A stretch of DNA of 64,000 nucleotides from IMG/VR virus record IMGVR_UViG_3300031963_000016, positions 64,001 through 128,000 of that record; one strand, given 5' to 3'. Shown here piece by piece: positions 38,232 to 48,117 of this stretch. A model generated the notes under the pieces. The model was not told the DNA's origin. It did not search any database and worked only from the letters and a program-made list of their open reading frames with translations. Origin of the DNA: a virus. Every line of letters begins with the position of its first letter. Position 1 is the stretch's first letter. The translations under genes were made by a program, and so were the position numbers.

Positions 38232-40448
38232 ATGCCGTTTCAATTATCTCCAGGCGTTGCAGTCGTAGAAAAAGATTTCACTTCTATCGTTCCAGCAGTT
38301 TCTAGCTCTATTGGTGCTTTTGCTGGTGCGTTTGCATGGGGTCCAGTTATGGAACCTGTCACAGTTACCTCAGAAAACGAGTTAGTTCGTCGTTTTGGTA
38401 AACCTAATGATAGTAATGCAAATTCTTTCTTCACAGCAGCTAACTTTTTATCATACACTAACAATTTATTATTAAATCGTGCAGATGCAGGACACTTAAA
38501 TGCTGTTGCTATTTTAACAGGTAGTTTAACTGGTATTGCAGTAAACAGTGCTGGAAGCGGCTATGTTTCTACTGCTTCTCCTCCAACTGTAACTATTGGT
38601 GCCCCAGATGCTGTCGGTGGTACTCAAGCTACTGCTACTGCTACTCTTTCTGGTGGTGGTGTTTCTGCAATTACTGTTAGTGGTGAGGGTAACACTGGTT
38701 ACACAACTGCTACTGTTACTATTACTCCTGCTACGGGTGATACTGGAACAGGTGCTACTGCCACTGCCAATATCTCAGGTGGTGTTATCACTAGTATTAC
38801 TATTACAAATCCAGGCGAAGGCTACAAACTGTTGCCAGTAGTTAATGTTACTGGAGATGGTGGTGGTGTAACAACAACTGTAACACTTTCTACTTCTTCA
38901 ATAACAGGAATTACAATTACGAATGCTGGTTCTGGATATGACAATCCTCCTTCAGTAACTATCGGTGCACCACCAACTGGTACAGTTGCAACAGCTACTG
39001 CTACTATTAGTCAAAACTTAGGTGTAAAGATTATGAATGGAGAGCATTATCTTCAGTCATATTCTACTGGTGCTGCTATTGTTGGTGAATTTGCTGCAAA
39101 ATATCCAGGTACATTAGGTAACTCTCTTCATGTAACAATGGCTGATGCAAATACATACTCTGGTTGGACTACTGTATTAAATGGTGTAACTATTAACTGC
39201 GCTGCAGAATTTGAAGGTGCACCAGGAACATCTGACTATGCCGCATCAGTTAATGGAACTAATGATGAGCTACATATTTTAGTATTTGATGAAGATGGTT
39301 TAATTACTGGAACAAAAGGAACTGTTTTAGAAAAATTTGCTTTCGTTTCAAAAGCCTCTGATGCTAAAAAATCAGATGGTACTAATAATTATTATAAAGA
39401 TGTATTAAATTCTCGTTCAGAATACGTTTGGTGGATGGATCCACCAGCTGCAATCACTGGATTAGGAACTAACTGGGGTCAACCAGCACAAGGTGCATCA
39501 TTTAAAAACTTATCAGCTGCTGTTAAGCGTTCTCTTTCTGGTGGCACTGATGATTATGCATTAACAGATGGCGAACAACAATCTGCATATACTTTATTTG
39601 CTAATGCAGAAGTATATGATATTAGTTTAGTTCTTCTTGGCAAAGCAAAAGCATCTGTCGCACAATCTGTTATTAACAATGTCTGTGAAACAAGACTAGA
39701 CTGCGTAGCATTTATCTCTCCACAAAATGTATCAACACATGATATTATTATTGGATCTACTGATAATGAAGTTACGCAGATTAATGCATATAGAAATGCA
39801 TTGTCAAGCACATCATACGCTGTTCTTGATTCTGGCTACAAATATCAGTATGATCGTTACAATGATAAGTATCGTTATATTCCATTAAATGGTGATGTAG
39901 CTGGTCTTTGCGCACGCACTGACTATACAAACGATCCATGGTTCTCTCCAGGTGGTCTAAATCGTGGACAGATCAAAAATGTTGTACGTCTTGCTGTACA
40001 ACCTAATAAAACAATGCGTGATAATCTTTACAAAAATGGTGTTAACCCTGTGGTTACATTCCCAGGTGAAGGTACTGTTCTGTTTGGAGATAAAACTCTA
40101 CTTGCAAAACCAAGTGCATTCGATCGTATTAACGTGCGTCGTCTGTTTATCGTTCTTGAAAAAGCAATTGCAACTGCTGCTAAATTCCAGTTGTTTGAAT
40201 TTAATGATAGTTTCACACGTGCTCAGTTTAAGAATCTAGTAGAGCCATTCCTCCGTGATGTTCAGGGTCGTCGTGGTATTACAGATTTCGTAGTTAAGTG
40301 CGATGAATCTAACAATACTGGTGAAGTTATCGATCGTAACGAATTCGTTGCTGATATCTTTATTAAGCCAAATCGTTCAATCAACTTTATTACTCTGACA
40401 TTTGTTGCTGCTCGTTCTGCGATTAACTTCTCAGAAATTGGTGCTTAA
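38232..40448 (+). CDS. gp18: Tail sheath protein gp18 with repeat insertion
   Basis: LSPGVAVVEKD, WFSPGGLNRG, SAFDRINVRRLF, FIKPNRSINFITLTF. Confidence 0.97.
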   Translation: MPFQLSPGVAVVEKDFTSIVPAVSSSIGAFAGAFAWGPVMEPVTVTSENELVRRFGKPNDSNANSFFTAANFLSYTNNLLLNRADAGHLNAVAILTGSLTGIAVNSAGSGYVSTASPPTVTIGAPDAVGGTQATATATLSGGGVSAITVSGEGNTGYTTATVTITPATGDTGTGATATANISGGVITSITITNPGEGYKLLPVVNVTGDGGGVTTTVTLSTSSITGITITNAGSGYDNPPSVTIGAPPTGTVATATATISQNLGVKIMNGEHYLQSYSTGAAIVGEFAAKYPGTLGNSLHVTMADANTYSGWTTVLNGVTINCAAEFEGAPGTSDYAASVNGTNDELHILVFDEDGLITGTKGTVLEKFAFVSKASDAKKSDGTNNYYKDVLNSRSEYVWWMDPPAAITGLGTNWGQPAQGASFKNLSAAVKRSLSGGTDDYALTDGEQQSAYTLFANAEVYDISLVLLGKAKASVAQSVINNVCETRLDCVAFISPQNVSTHDIIIGSTDNEVTQINAYRNALSSTSYAVLDSGYKYQYDRYNDKYRYIPLNGDVAGLCARTDYTNDPWFSPGGLNRGQIKNVVRLAVQPNKTMRDNLYKNGVNPVVTFPGEGTVLFGDKTLLAKPSAFDRINVRRLFIVLEKAIATAAKFQLFEFNDSFTRAQFKNLVEPFLRDVQGRRGITDFVVKCDESNNTGEVIDRNEFVADIFIKPNRSINFITLTFVAARSAINFSEIGA

Positions 40449-40453
40449 TCAGG

Positions 40454-40461
40454 GATAAATA
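40454..40461 (+). promoter_or_regulatory. Late promoter (GATAAATA)
   Basis: TAAATA core upstream of gp19. Confidence 0.65.
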
Positions 40462-40484
40462 AGAAAGAACAAAAGGAGATTTAA

Positions 40485-41072
40485 ATGGCAAATATTGCTG
40501 ATTTTAAAGCACAAATGATTGGTGGCGGTGCTCGCCCTAATCAGTTTCGTGTCGAGTTAACATTCCCGTCTTATGTAACATTGGGTGTGGTAGCAGGACA
40601 GCGTGCTCAATTCTTATGTAAAGCAGCACAACTACCTGCTTCTACTATTGAGACAATTCCTGTTTTATATCGTGGGCGTCCTGTGCAGTTTGCAGGAGAA
40701 AGAACTTTTGCTCCATGGACTGTTACGATTTACAATGATACAACATTTGGTATTCGTAATGCTTTAGAGCAGTGGCAATCTGGTATTCAAAACTATAACA
40801 CAACTCTTGGAAGAACTAATCCTACTGATTATCAAGTTGACATGAGTGTTCATCAATTAGATCGTAATGGTGCAATTATTAAAAGTTACAAGTTTGTTGA
40901 TGCTTTCCCAACTAATGTTTCTGCTGTAGGACTAGATTACGAACAACAAAATGCTATTGAACAATTTGATGTAGAGTTTACATATAACTTCTTCACATCA
41001 AATACTGGGGCTGCTGCTGGATTTGGTGTCAATGTTTCTATTGATACACCAGTTGGTTCGTTCCCTCTATAA
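40485..41072 (+). CDS. gp19: Tail tube protein gp19
   Basis: GGARPNQFRV, FLCKAAQLP, AGERTFAPWTVTIYND, IEQFDVEFTYNFF. Confidence 0.95.
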   Translation: MANIADFKAQMIGGGARPNQFRVELTFPSYVTLGVVAGQRAQFLCKAAQLPASTIETIPVLYRGRPVQFAGERTFAPWTVTIYNDTTFGIRNALEQWQSGIQNYNTTLGRTNPTDYQVDMSVHQLDRNGAIIKSYKFVDAFPTNVSAVGLDYEQQNAIEQFDVEFTYNFFTSNTGAAAGFGVNVSIDTPVGSFPL

Positions 41073-41095
41073 TATAACTAAAGGATTTTTACATT

Positions 41096-42745
41096 ATGCA
41101 AATTTTTGGCTTTGAGATAAAGCGTAAAAAAGAACAGGAGTTGCAATCTGTTGTAACTCCTAGTGCAGTTGATACAGGCGCAACCGTAATAAACACTGGT
41201 GTTAATGCTGGTGGTTATTACGGTATGGTCATGGATTTAGAAGGTGTTGTTAAAAATGAAAACGACCTTCTACGTAGATATCGTGAGGTTTCTCAATATT
41301 CAGATTGTGATAATGCGATTGAAGATATTATAAATGAAGCAATTATCGCTGATGAACAAAAGAGACCAGTTGAATTAAACTTAGATGAGTTAAAACTATC
41401 TTCTTCTATTAAAACAAAAATAAAAGAAGAATTTGATAATGTACAAAGACTCTTAAAATTTGATGAAAGAGCACATGAAATCTTCCGCACTTGGTATATT
41501 GATGGAAGATTATATTATCAAATTCTTATAGATGAAGAACGAATTAAAGAAGGTATTGTAGAACTTCGTTATATTGATCCTCGTAAAATTCGTCGCATTA
41601 AAAATATTAAAAAAGAAAGAACACCACAAGGTGTTGATGTAGTAAAACAAATTGAAGAATATTATCTTTATAACGATAAAGGTATTACAGAGCAGACTAC
41701 ACAAGGTGTTAAATTAGCAATAGATTCTGTTGTGTATTGTCCATCAGGATATGTAGACCAAAACACTGGGATGGCATTATCTTATTTACATAAAGCCATT
41801 AAGCCAGTTAATCAATTAAAGATGATTGAAGATTCTTTGGTCATCTATCGTATTAGTCGAGCACCTGAGCGCAGAATATTTTACATTGATGTTGGTAATT
41901 TACCAAAGTTAAAAGCAGAGCAATATGTCTCTGACATTATGAACAAGTTTAGAAACAAAATTGTTTATGATGCAACTACTGGTGAAACTCGTGACGATCG
42001 TCGCCACTTGTCAATGATGGAAGATTTCTGGATGCCTCGTCGTGAAGGTGGTAAGGGAACTGAGATTACTACGCTTCCAGGTGGTCAAAACCTTGGCGAG
42101 ATTCAAGATATCGAGTATTTCCAGAACAAACTTTATCATGCATTGAATGTTCCAATCTCTCGTTTACAACCACAACAGGGATTTAGCATTGGACGTTCAC
42201 AAGAAATTTCTCGTGACGAAGTTAAGTTTAATAAATTTATTGTTAGACTTCGTAAAAAGTTTTCAGTGTTGTTCTCTGAGGCACTTAGAGTTCAACTAAT
42301 TGCAAAAGGTATTATTCGTGCTGATGAGTGGGAAGATATTCGTCCATTCTTCAAATACGATTACATTGAAGACAATCACTTCTCTGAGTTAAAAGATGCA
42401 GAAATATTGACTCAGAGATTACAAGCCTTGCAAACTATTGATCCATATGTTGGTAAATATTATAGCCAAACATGGGTCAAGAAAAACATTCTTCGACTTG
42501 ATGAAGATCAAGTCGAACAGATTGAAAAAGAAATCGAGCAAGAAGCAGAATTGCAAATGGCTCAGGCTGAAAAAGAAGGAATGTTAACAGGTGTACAGAA
42601 TACTGCTATGAATAATTACGTTGCACAAAATTCTATGCAACAAGAACAACCAGCAGAAGATCAATCAGAAGTAAATGCTGAACAGACAAATGAAGAACAG
42701 CCAGCAAAAGTTACCAAACTAAAAACTGGTACTTGGCCAAATTAA
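41096..42745 (+). CDS. gp20: Portal protein gp20
   Basis: FRTWYIDGRLYY, IYRISRAPERRIFYIDVGNLP, MMEDFWMPRREGGKGTEITTLPGG. Confidence 0.97.
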   Translation: MQIFGFEIKRKKEQELQSVVTPSAVDTGATVINTGVNAGGYYGMVMDLEGVVKNENDLLRRYREVSQYSDCDNAIEDIINEAIIADEQKRPVELNLDELKLSSSIKTKIKEEFDNVQRLLKFDERAHEIFRTWYIDGRLYYQILIDEERIKEGIVELRYIDPRKIRRIKNIKKERTPQGVDVVKQIEEYYLYNDKGITEQTTQGVKLAIDSVVYCPSGYVDQNTGMALSYLHKAIKPVNQLKMIEDSLVIYRISRAPERRIFYIDVGNLPKLKAEQYVSDIMNKFRNKIVYDATTGETRDDRRHLSMMEDFWMPRREGGKGTEITTLPGGQNLGEIQDIEYFQNKLYHALNVPISRLQPQQGFSIGRSQEISRDEVKFNKFIVRLRKKFSVLFSEALRVQLIAKGIIRADEWEDIRPFFKYDYIEDNHFSELKDAEILTQRLQALQTIDPYVGKYYSQTWVKKNILRLDEDQVEQIEKEIEQEAELQMAQAEKEGMLTGVQNTAMNNYVAQNSMQQEQPAEDQSEVNAEQTNEEQPAKVTKLKTGTWPN

Positions 42746-42757
42746 TAGGAGACACAC

Positions 42758-42988
42758 ATGAAAGAATCAGTAGAAAATTTAATCCAAGCAATCGTTCAAG
42801 GTAATGCATTAGAAACAGAAAAAGCATTTGCAACTGCAATGGCAGAAAAACTAGCACCAATGTTAGATACACGTCGTCAAGAAGTTGCACAAAGTATGTT
42901 TGCTGTTCAACAAGAAGAAGAAACTGTTTCTGCAGAAACAACTACTGACATTTCTAACAATGAAAGTTCAACTGAAACTGTTGAATAA
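42758..42988 (+). CDS. Small prohead core protein (gp67/68-like)
   Basis: Short acidic helical ORF right after the portal; SD AGGAG. Confidence 0.55.
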   Translation: MKESVENLIQAIVQGNALETEKAFATAMAEKLAPMLDTRRQEVAQSMFAVQQEEETVSAETTTDISNNESSTETVE

Positions 42989-43533
42989 TGTATTATTCTA
43001 GTTTTATTAAATCTTTTAAAAGACCTAATGTAGTAGAAAGCATTAGATCTTATACTCATTTAATTGAAAAAACAGAAAATAATAAAATTTTAATAAATGG
43101 TATTGAAACAGAACATACAAGTATTGAGGAAGCGAGACAATACGTCAAACAAGAATATATTGCTAAAAAATTAGAAGAACAAATTTCTACTGAATTATAC
43201 GAAGATATTTCTGAGAATAAAGTGGCTAGTATTATTAAAGAACATCACGATGTTAAAGTTACAGATACTCTTATAGAAAATTATATACAGCTCGCTTCCT
43301 CTCGTATTTTTAGTGTTGATCCAGTTGTACAAGAAATTCGTAAATTAAATAAGCTGGATAATATCGTAGAAGGTAAAATACATTATGTTCTTGAAGATGA
43401 ATCAATTGTAGCAATTGATGAAGAGACTCAAGAGCAACTAAATAATTTGTTACAGAATCAATCAGATATTATTAAATACATGCGTGAAAATAAAGATCAG
43501 TTTATGTATGTAGTAGAAAAATTAGAGGAATAA
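42988..43533 (+). CDS. Hypothetical head-module protein
   Basis: 181-aa acidic ORF, TAATG-coupled. Confidence 0.7.
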   Translation: MYYSSFIKSFKRPNVVESIRSYTHLIEKTENNKILINGIETEHTSIEEARQYVKQEYIAKKLEEQISTELYEDISENKVASIIKEHHDVKVTDTLIENYIQLASSRIFSVDPVVQEIRKLNKLDNIVEGKIHYVLEDESIVAIDEETQEQLNNLLQNQSDIIKYMRENKDQFMYVVEKLEE

Positions 43534-43534
43534 A

Positions 43535-43996
43535 ATGCCAGTCACTAAGACTATTCTTAAGAATACAAATAACGAAACAATCGTTAAGATTGCTGGTACT
43601 GCAGCATCTTCAACTATTGATCTACAGACTGACTGTTTAGCATCTACTCAAGCATTAGATGGTGCAACACAAACAGTTAATATCGTAGGTTTTCAATTTA
43701 CAGGTATGCCATCTTCAACTATTACTATTGCAAGAAACTCTGTTAACATTACTACAGTTTCATCTGAAGGACATGATGATGTTGAGTTTGCTGCAGGTAT
43801 GGGATTTTCTGATACAATTGAAAACACGAGTGACATCGTTGTTACTATTGCTGGCGCAGAAGCACAATTATATCTAACATTACGCAAAATTGGTGGTTAT
43901 GCTACTAAAGTTGAAGAAGCTGTATATGGCGCATATGACGATCGTACTCGTGTTGGTGCTTCTACAACACTAAGTGGTTCACCAGATAAGGTATAA
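43535..43996 (+). CDS. Hypothetical head-module protein
   Basis: 153-aa beta-rich ORF directly before gp21. Confidence 0.7.
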   Translation: MPVTKTILKNTNNETIVKIAGTAASSTIDLQTDCLASTQALDGATQTVNIVGFQFTGMPSSTITIARNSVNITTVSSEGHDDVEFAAGMGFSDTIENTSDIVVTIAGAEAQLYLTLRKIGGYATKVEEAVYGAYDDRTRVGASTTLSGSPDKV

Positions 43997-43998
43997 AA

Positions 43999-44652
43999 AT
44001 GAAACTTATTAAAGAAGTCACAGAGTCAGTCAAGTTAGTAACAGAATCTAAACTTGGCAAAGGTAAAGAATATTTCATTGAAGGAATCTTTCTTCAATCT
44101 GCTATTCAAAATCGTAACAAGCGTATGTATCCAGAAGAAGTTATGGATAAAGAGGTTGCTCGTTACATGAAAGAACAGGTTGAAAATAATCGTGCATATG
44201 GTGAATTGGGTCATCCAGATAATCCACAGATTAATCTTGATCGTGTATCACACCTTATCGTCTCTCTACGTAAAGAGGGAACTAATTATATTGGTAAAGC
44301 AAAAATTTTAGAAACACCAATGGGACAAATTGCAAAAGGTCTTTTAGACGGAGGTGCAAATCTCGGAGTTTCTAGTAGAGCACTTGGTTCACTCGTTACA
44401 AATAACGAAGGTGTATCGATTGTTCAAGACGATTTTATGCTGTCTACAGCAGCAGACATCGTTGCTGACCCATCTGCTCCAGACGCTTATGTGCGTGGTA
44501 TTATGGAGAATAAAGAGTGGGTTTTTGTTGATGGAAAGTTTGTGGAAAAACATATCGAGGAAGTCAAACACACAATTCGTAAAACTTCCTCACGAAATCT
44601 AGGGGAAGCACAGATTCGCGCTTTCCAAGATTTTCTGAGTAAAATCAGATAA
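43999..44652 (+). CDS. gp21: Prohead protease gp21
   Basis: IEGIFLQS, AYGELGHP, LDRVSH, GVSSRALGS, DIVADPSAPDAYV. Confidence 0.97.
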   Translation: MKLIKEVTESVKLVTESKLGKGKEYFIEGIFLQSAIQNRNKRMYPEEVMDKEVARYMKEQVENNRAYGELGHPDNPQINLDRVSHLIVSLRKEGTNYIGKAKILETPMGQIAKGLLDGGANLGVSSRALGSLVTNNEGVSIVQDDFMLSTAADIVADPSAPDAYVRGIMENKEWVFVDGKFVEKHIEEVKHTIRKTSSRNLGEAQIRAFQDFLSKIR

Positions 44653-44662
44653 ATAATAAATA
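44648..44662 (+). promoter_or_regulatory. Tandem late promoter motifs (GATAAATA/AATAAATA)
   Basis: Two overlapping TAAATA cores upstream of gp22. Confidence 0.65.
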
Positions 44663-44696
44663 ATTTAATAGAACTATCCAGTTACAGGAGAAAACG

Positions 44697-45680
44697 ATGT
44701 CAATCGAACAAAAAATCGCTGAAATCTTAGCAGAATCTAAAGCAGCTAAACTTGAAGATCAGGTTGCTGATACTGCTGAAGAGATCAAAGAAGAACAAGT
44801 TGAAGAGGAAGCTGTTAAACCTGCTGCTGAAACTCCAAATCCAGACAATGCTAAAAACAATGTTCAGGATGAAAAAGAAGCAGAAGGTGGCACTTCTAAG
44901 AAAGAAAACGCAGCTACTAAAGGTGCAGTTGCAGCAGAACCAAGTCATCTAAAAGGTGTCAAGGAAGATGTTGATGCACTTCTAAATGGCGAAGATCTTT
45001 CAGAAGAATTTAAACAAAAGGCAACTACTATTTTTGAAGCAGCTGTTATGACTCGTGTCAAAGCTGAAGTTGCTCGTTTGGAAGAAGAATTCGAAAGCAA
45101 ACTTGCTGAGCAAGTTGCAAAGAATATAGAGGGACTTGTTGAGCAGGTTGATGGATACCTCGGCTACGTAGCCGAGCAGTGGATGACACAGAATGAAATT
45201 GCCCTTGAGCGTGGTATGAAGTCTGAAATTCTTGAGAGTTTCGTAGCTGGTATGAAAGATCTATTTGAAGAGCATTATATTGACGTTCCAGAAGAGCGTT
45301 ATGATGTGCTTGGAGAAATGGAATCTAAAATCGAAGAATTAGAAGCAAAACTCAATGAGCAAGTTGCTAATAATATCGAGATGTCTAAAACAATCGCTGA
45401 GCAAAAGCGTTCAGAAATTGTTAAAACAGTTAGCGAAGGTTTGACTGATACAGAAACTGAAAAGTTTAATGCATTAGTTGAAGAGTTAACATACGAAGAC
45501 GCAGAATCTTTTGAGACTAAAGTGAAGACTATCCGTGAAAATTATTTCACAAATAAATCAACCGCAGAAGTTAAATCTGTTGTTACTGACACTCCAGTTG
45601 AGCAATTAACTGAAGAGAAGAAAGAGCAAATCGATCCTCAGATGTCAGCATATTTAACAGCACTTAACAAACTTAAATAA
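44697..45680 (+). CDS. gp22: Prohead scaffold protein gp22
   Basis: LSEEFKQKATTIFEAAV, VDGYLGYVAEQW, acidic coiled coil; precedes gp23. Confidence 0.92.
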   Translation: MSIEQKIAEILAESKAAKLEDQVADTAEEIKEEQVEEEAVKPAAETPNPDNAKNNVQDEKEAEGGTSKKENAATKGAVAAEPSHLKGVKEDVDALLNGEDLSEEFKQKATTIFEAAVMTRVKAEVARLEEEFESKLAEQVAKNIEGLVEQVDGYLGYVAEQWMTQNEIALERGMKSEILESFVAGMKDLFEEHYIDVPEERYDVLGEMESKIEELEAKLNEQVANNIEMSKTIAEQKRSEIVKTVSEGLTDTETEKFNALVEELTYEDAESFETKVKTIRENYFTNKSTAEVKSVVTDTPVEQLTEEKKEQIDPQMSAYLTALNKLK

Positions 45681-45693
45681 AAGGAAAAAGAAA

Positions 45694-46992
45694 ATGACAA
45701 CTCGTCAAGATCTAGTTAAAAAATGGGCACCAATCCTCGAGCATGAGGGTGCTGCTCCAATCAAGGACACTTATCGTAAAGAAGTGACTGCAGTTCTCTT
45801 GGAAAACCAAGAGCGTGAAATGCAAAAACAGCGTGAAGCACTTTTCGAAGCTGCTCCAGCAAACGCTGTTGGTTCTTATGCTGACACTGGTGGTTTCGCT
45901 AAGTTCGATCCAGTTCTTATCAGCTTAGTCCGTCGTGCAATGCCACAACTCATTGCTTATGATGTTGCTGGTGTTCAGCCAATGACACAGCCAACTGGTT
46001 TAATCTTCGCAATGAAGTCTCGTTACACTTCACAAGGTGGTACTGAGGCTCTCTTTAACGAAGCTGATACTGACTTCTCTGGTACTGGCACTCACAGTGG
46101 CGTTTATGACTTCGGTGGTTCTGAGACTACTGGTGCTGGTCTAGCAACTTCCGCAGCTGAGCGTCTTGGTCAAGGTGGTTCTGGTGATGGTTCTTTCAAT
46201 CAGATGGCATTTAGCATCGAAAAGACTTCCGTTACTGCTAAGACTCGTGCTCTAAAAGCTGAGTACTCAATCGAATTAGCACAAGATATGAAATCTGTTC
46301 ATGGTCTTGATGCTGAAGGCGAACTAAGCAATATTCTCTCAACTGAGATTCTTGCTGAGATCAATCGTGAAGTTATCCGCACAATCTACAAGACTGCTAA
46401 GCCAGGTGCTGCAGTTGGTACTACTGCTGCTGGTACTTTCGACTTAGATACTGATTCTAATGGTCGTTGGTCTGTTGAGAAGTTTAAGGGTCTAATGTTC
46501 CAAATCGAGCGTGAAGCAAATGCGATTGGTCAGCAGACTCGTCGTGGTCGTGGTAACTTCATCATCACTTCTGCAGACGTTGCTTCTGCATTAGCGATGG
46601 CTGGCGTTCTTGACTACACTCCTGCTCTCCAGGGTAACAGCAGCTTGAACATTGATGACACAAGCACTACTTTTGCTGGTGTTCTAAATGGCAAGTACAA
46701 AGTTTATGTTGATCCATATACTGCAAACGTATCTGCAACACAATTCTTCGTAGTTGGTTACAAAGGTAGTTCTGCATTTGATGCTGGCTTGTTCTACTGC
46801 CCATACGTTCCTCTACAAATGGTTCGTGCAGTTGATCCAAACAGCTTCCAGCCAAAGATTGGCTTCAAGACTCGTTACGGTCTAGTTGCTAACCCATTCG
46901 TCAATCTTGACGATGGCACAGCTGGTCAGGACAACCTAACTGCTGATGTAAACTACTACTATCGTCGTGTTAAAGTTACTAACCTAATGTAA
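45694..46992 (+). CDS. gp23: Major capsid protein gp23
   Basis: LISLVRRAMPQLIAYDVAGVQPMTQPTGLIFAM, RALKAEYSIELAQD, FYCPYVPLQM, QPKIGFKTRYG. Confidence 0.98.
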   Translation: MTTRQDLVKKWAPILEHEGAAPIKDTYRKEVTAVLLENQEREMQKQREALFEAAPANAVGSYADTGGFAKFDPVLISLVRRAMPQLIAYDVAGVQPMTQPTGLIFAMKSRYTSQGGTEALFNEADTDFSGTGTHSGVYDFGGSETTGAGLATSAAERLGQGGSGDGSFNQMAFSIEKTSVTAKTRALKAEYSIELAQDMKSVHGLDAEGELSNILSTEILAEINREVIRTIYKTAKPGAAVGTTAAGTFDLDTDSNGRWSVEKFKGLMFQIEREANAIGQQTRRGRGNFIITSADVASALAMAGVLDYTPALQGNSSLNIDDTSTTFAGVLNGKYKVYVDPYTANVSATQFFVVGYKGSSAFDAGLFYCPYVPLQMVRAVDPNSFQPKIGFKTRYGLVANPFVNLDDGTAGQDNLTADVNYYYRRVKVTNLM

Positions 46993-47040
46993 TTATTAGG
47001 TTGGTTTCAATAAGAAACTGACGATAAGAAGCAGTGTTTT

Positions 47041-47070
47041 GGGGGAGATGAAAATCTCCCCCATTTTATT
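47041..47070 (+). terminator. Intrinsic terminator after gp23
   Basis: GGGGGAGAT-GAAA-ATCTCCCCC followed by ATTTTATTTT. Confidence 0.9.
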
Positions 47071-47073
47071 TTG

Positions 47074-47081
47074 AATAAATA
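47074..47081 (+). promoter_or_regulatory. Late promoter (AATAAATA)
   Basis: TAAATA core between the terminator and gp3. Confidence 0.6.
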
Positions 47082-47086
47082 ATCTT

Positions 47087-47617
47087 ATGGCTAATATACT
47101 TTCATGTCCCATTCCATCTAACATTAATCCATTATCACCTAATGGATTCCTGTTTAACATTTTAAAATTACCTAATCTGTCATTCTTTTGTCAGAGCGTT
47201 AATCTTCCAGGTATTACACTTGGTGCACCAGAGTTTGGTAATCCATTTAATGTTGCTCCAATTCCAGGTGAGACATTAACATATGATCAACTATCTGTTC
47301 AATTTTTAGTTGATGAACAAATGGCTAATTATCAATCCATATATAACTGGATCGTTGCTCTTGGTTTTCCAGAATCATATCAACAGTATGTAACATTTGT
47401 ATCAAACGATACAAATAATTATAGTGAACTAGCAAAAAATTATTCTGATGGAACATTACAAATACTAGGTGCTGATAATCTAACAGTTAAAATTGTGCAA
47501 TTTTATGATATGTTTCCTGTGTCTTTAGATTCATTACAATTCGCAGGAACTAATAATGATGTTCAATATCTAATTGGAAACGCAACTTTTCGTTACGGTT
47601 ACTACAAGTTCTTGTAA
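47087..47617 (+). CDS. gp3: Tail completion protein gp3-like
   Basis: NPLSPNGFLF, FFCQSVNLPGI, LSVQFLVDEQMANY; sits between gp23 and uvsY. Confidence 0.85.
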   Translation: MANILSCPIPSNINPLSPNGFLFNILKLPNLSFFCQSVNLPGITLGAPEFGNPFNVAPIPGETLTYDQLSVQFLVDEQMANYQSIYNWIVALGFPESYQQYVTFVSNDTNNYSELAKNYSDGTLQILGADNLTVKIVQFYDMFPVSLDSLQFAGTNNDVQYLIGNATFRYGYYKFL

Positions 47618-47624
47618 GACAAAT

Positions 47625-47653
47625 TTGATTTTTTGTAATAGATGGGGTATACT
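47625..47653 (+). promoter_or_regulatory. Sigma70-type promoter for uvsY (TTGATT-N17-TATACT)
   Basis: Direct motif match; the -10 sits inside a palindrome. Confidence 0.7.
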
Positions 47654-47679
47654 TACCCCATAACATTTTTGAGGTTATT

Positions 47680-48117
47680 ATGAATATAGAACAATTGCAA
47701 GAAATGTGGGACAAAGACTGTGAAATTGATGATAATTATCTCGGTGAAAATTCCACAACAACACCTAAGCTACATGCCAAGTATGTAAAAATACTTGTTC
47801 AAATTAAACTCAAGCATACAAAACTCCAATCTGATTATTTGCTTCTTCGTAAAAATAAATTTCGTTTATATCGTGGTGAACTATCTCGTGATGAATTAAA
47901 AGATCTTGGATGGGAACAGTGGCAAGGAATTAAACCACTGAAAAATGAAATGGACGAATTTTTAAGTGGTGATATAGATTTAGTGAATATTAAAATGAAG
48001 ATTGATTATCTTGAAACAATGATTTATTTTCTTGAATCAGTTCTGCAACAGATTAAAGCAAGAGACTGGCAAATTAAAACCGCAGTTGAATGGAAGAAAT
48101 TTTTAGCAGGAATGTAA
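47680..48117 (+). CDS. uvsY: Recombination mediator UvsY
   Basis: MWDKDCEIDD, PKLHAKY, PLKNEMDEFL, IKTAVEWKKFLAG. Confidence 0.92.
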   Translation: MNIEQLQEMWDKDCEIDDNYLGENSTTTPKLHAKYVKILVQIKLKHTKLQSDYLLLRKNKFRLYRGELSRDELKDLGWEQWQGIKPLKNEMDEFLSGDIDLVNIKMKIDYLETMIYFLESVLQQIKARDWQIKTAVEWKKFLAGM

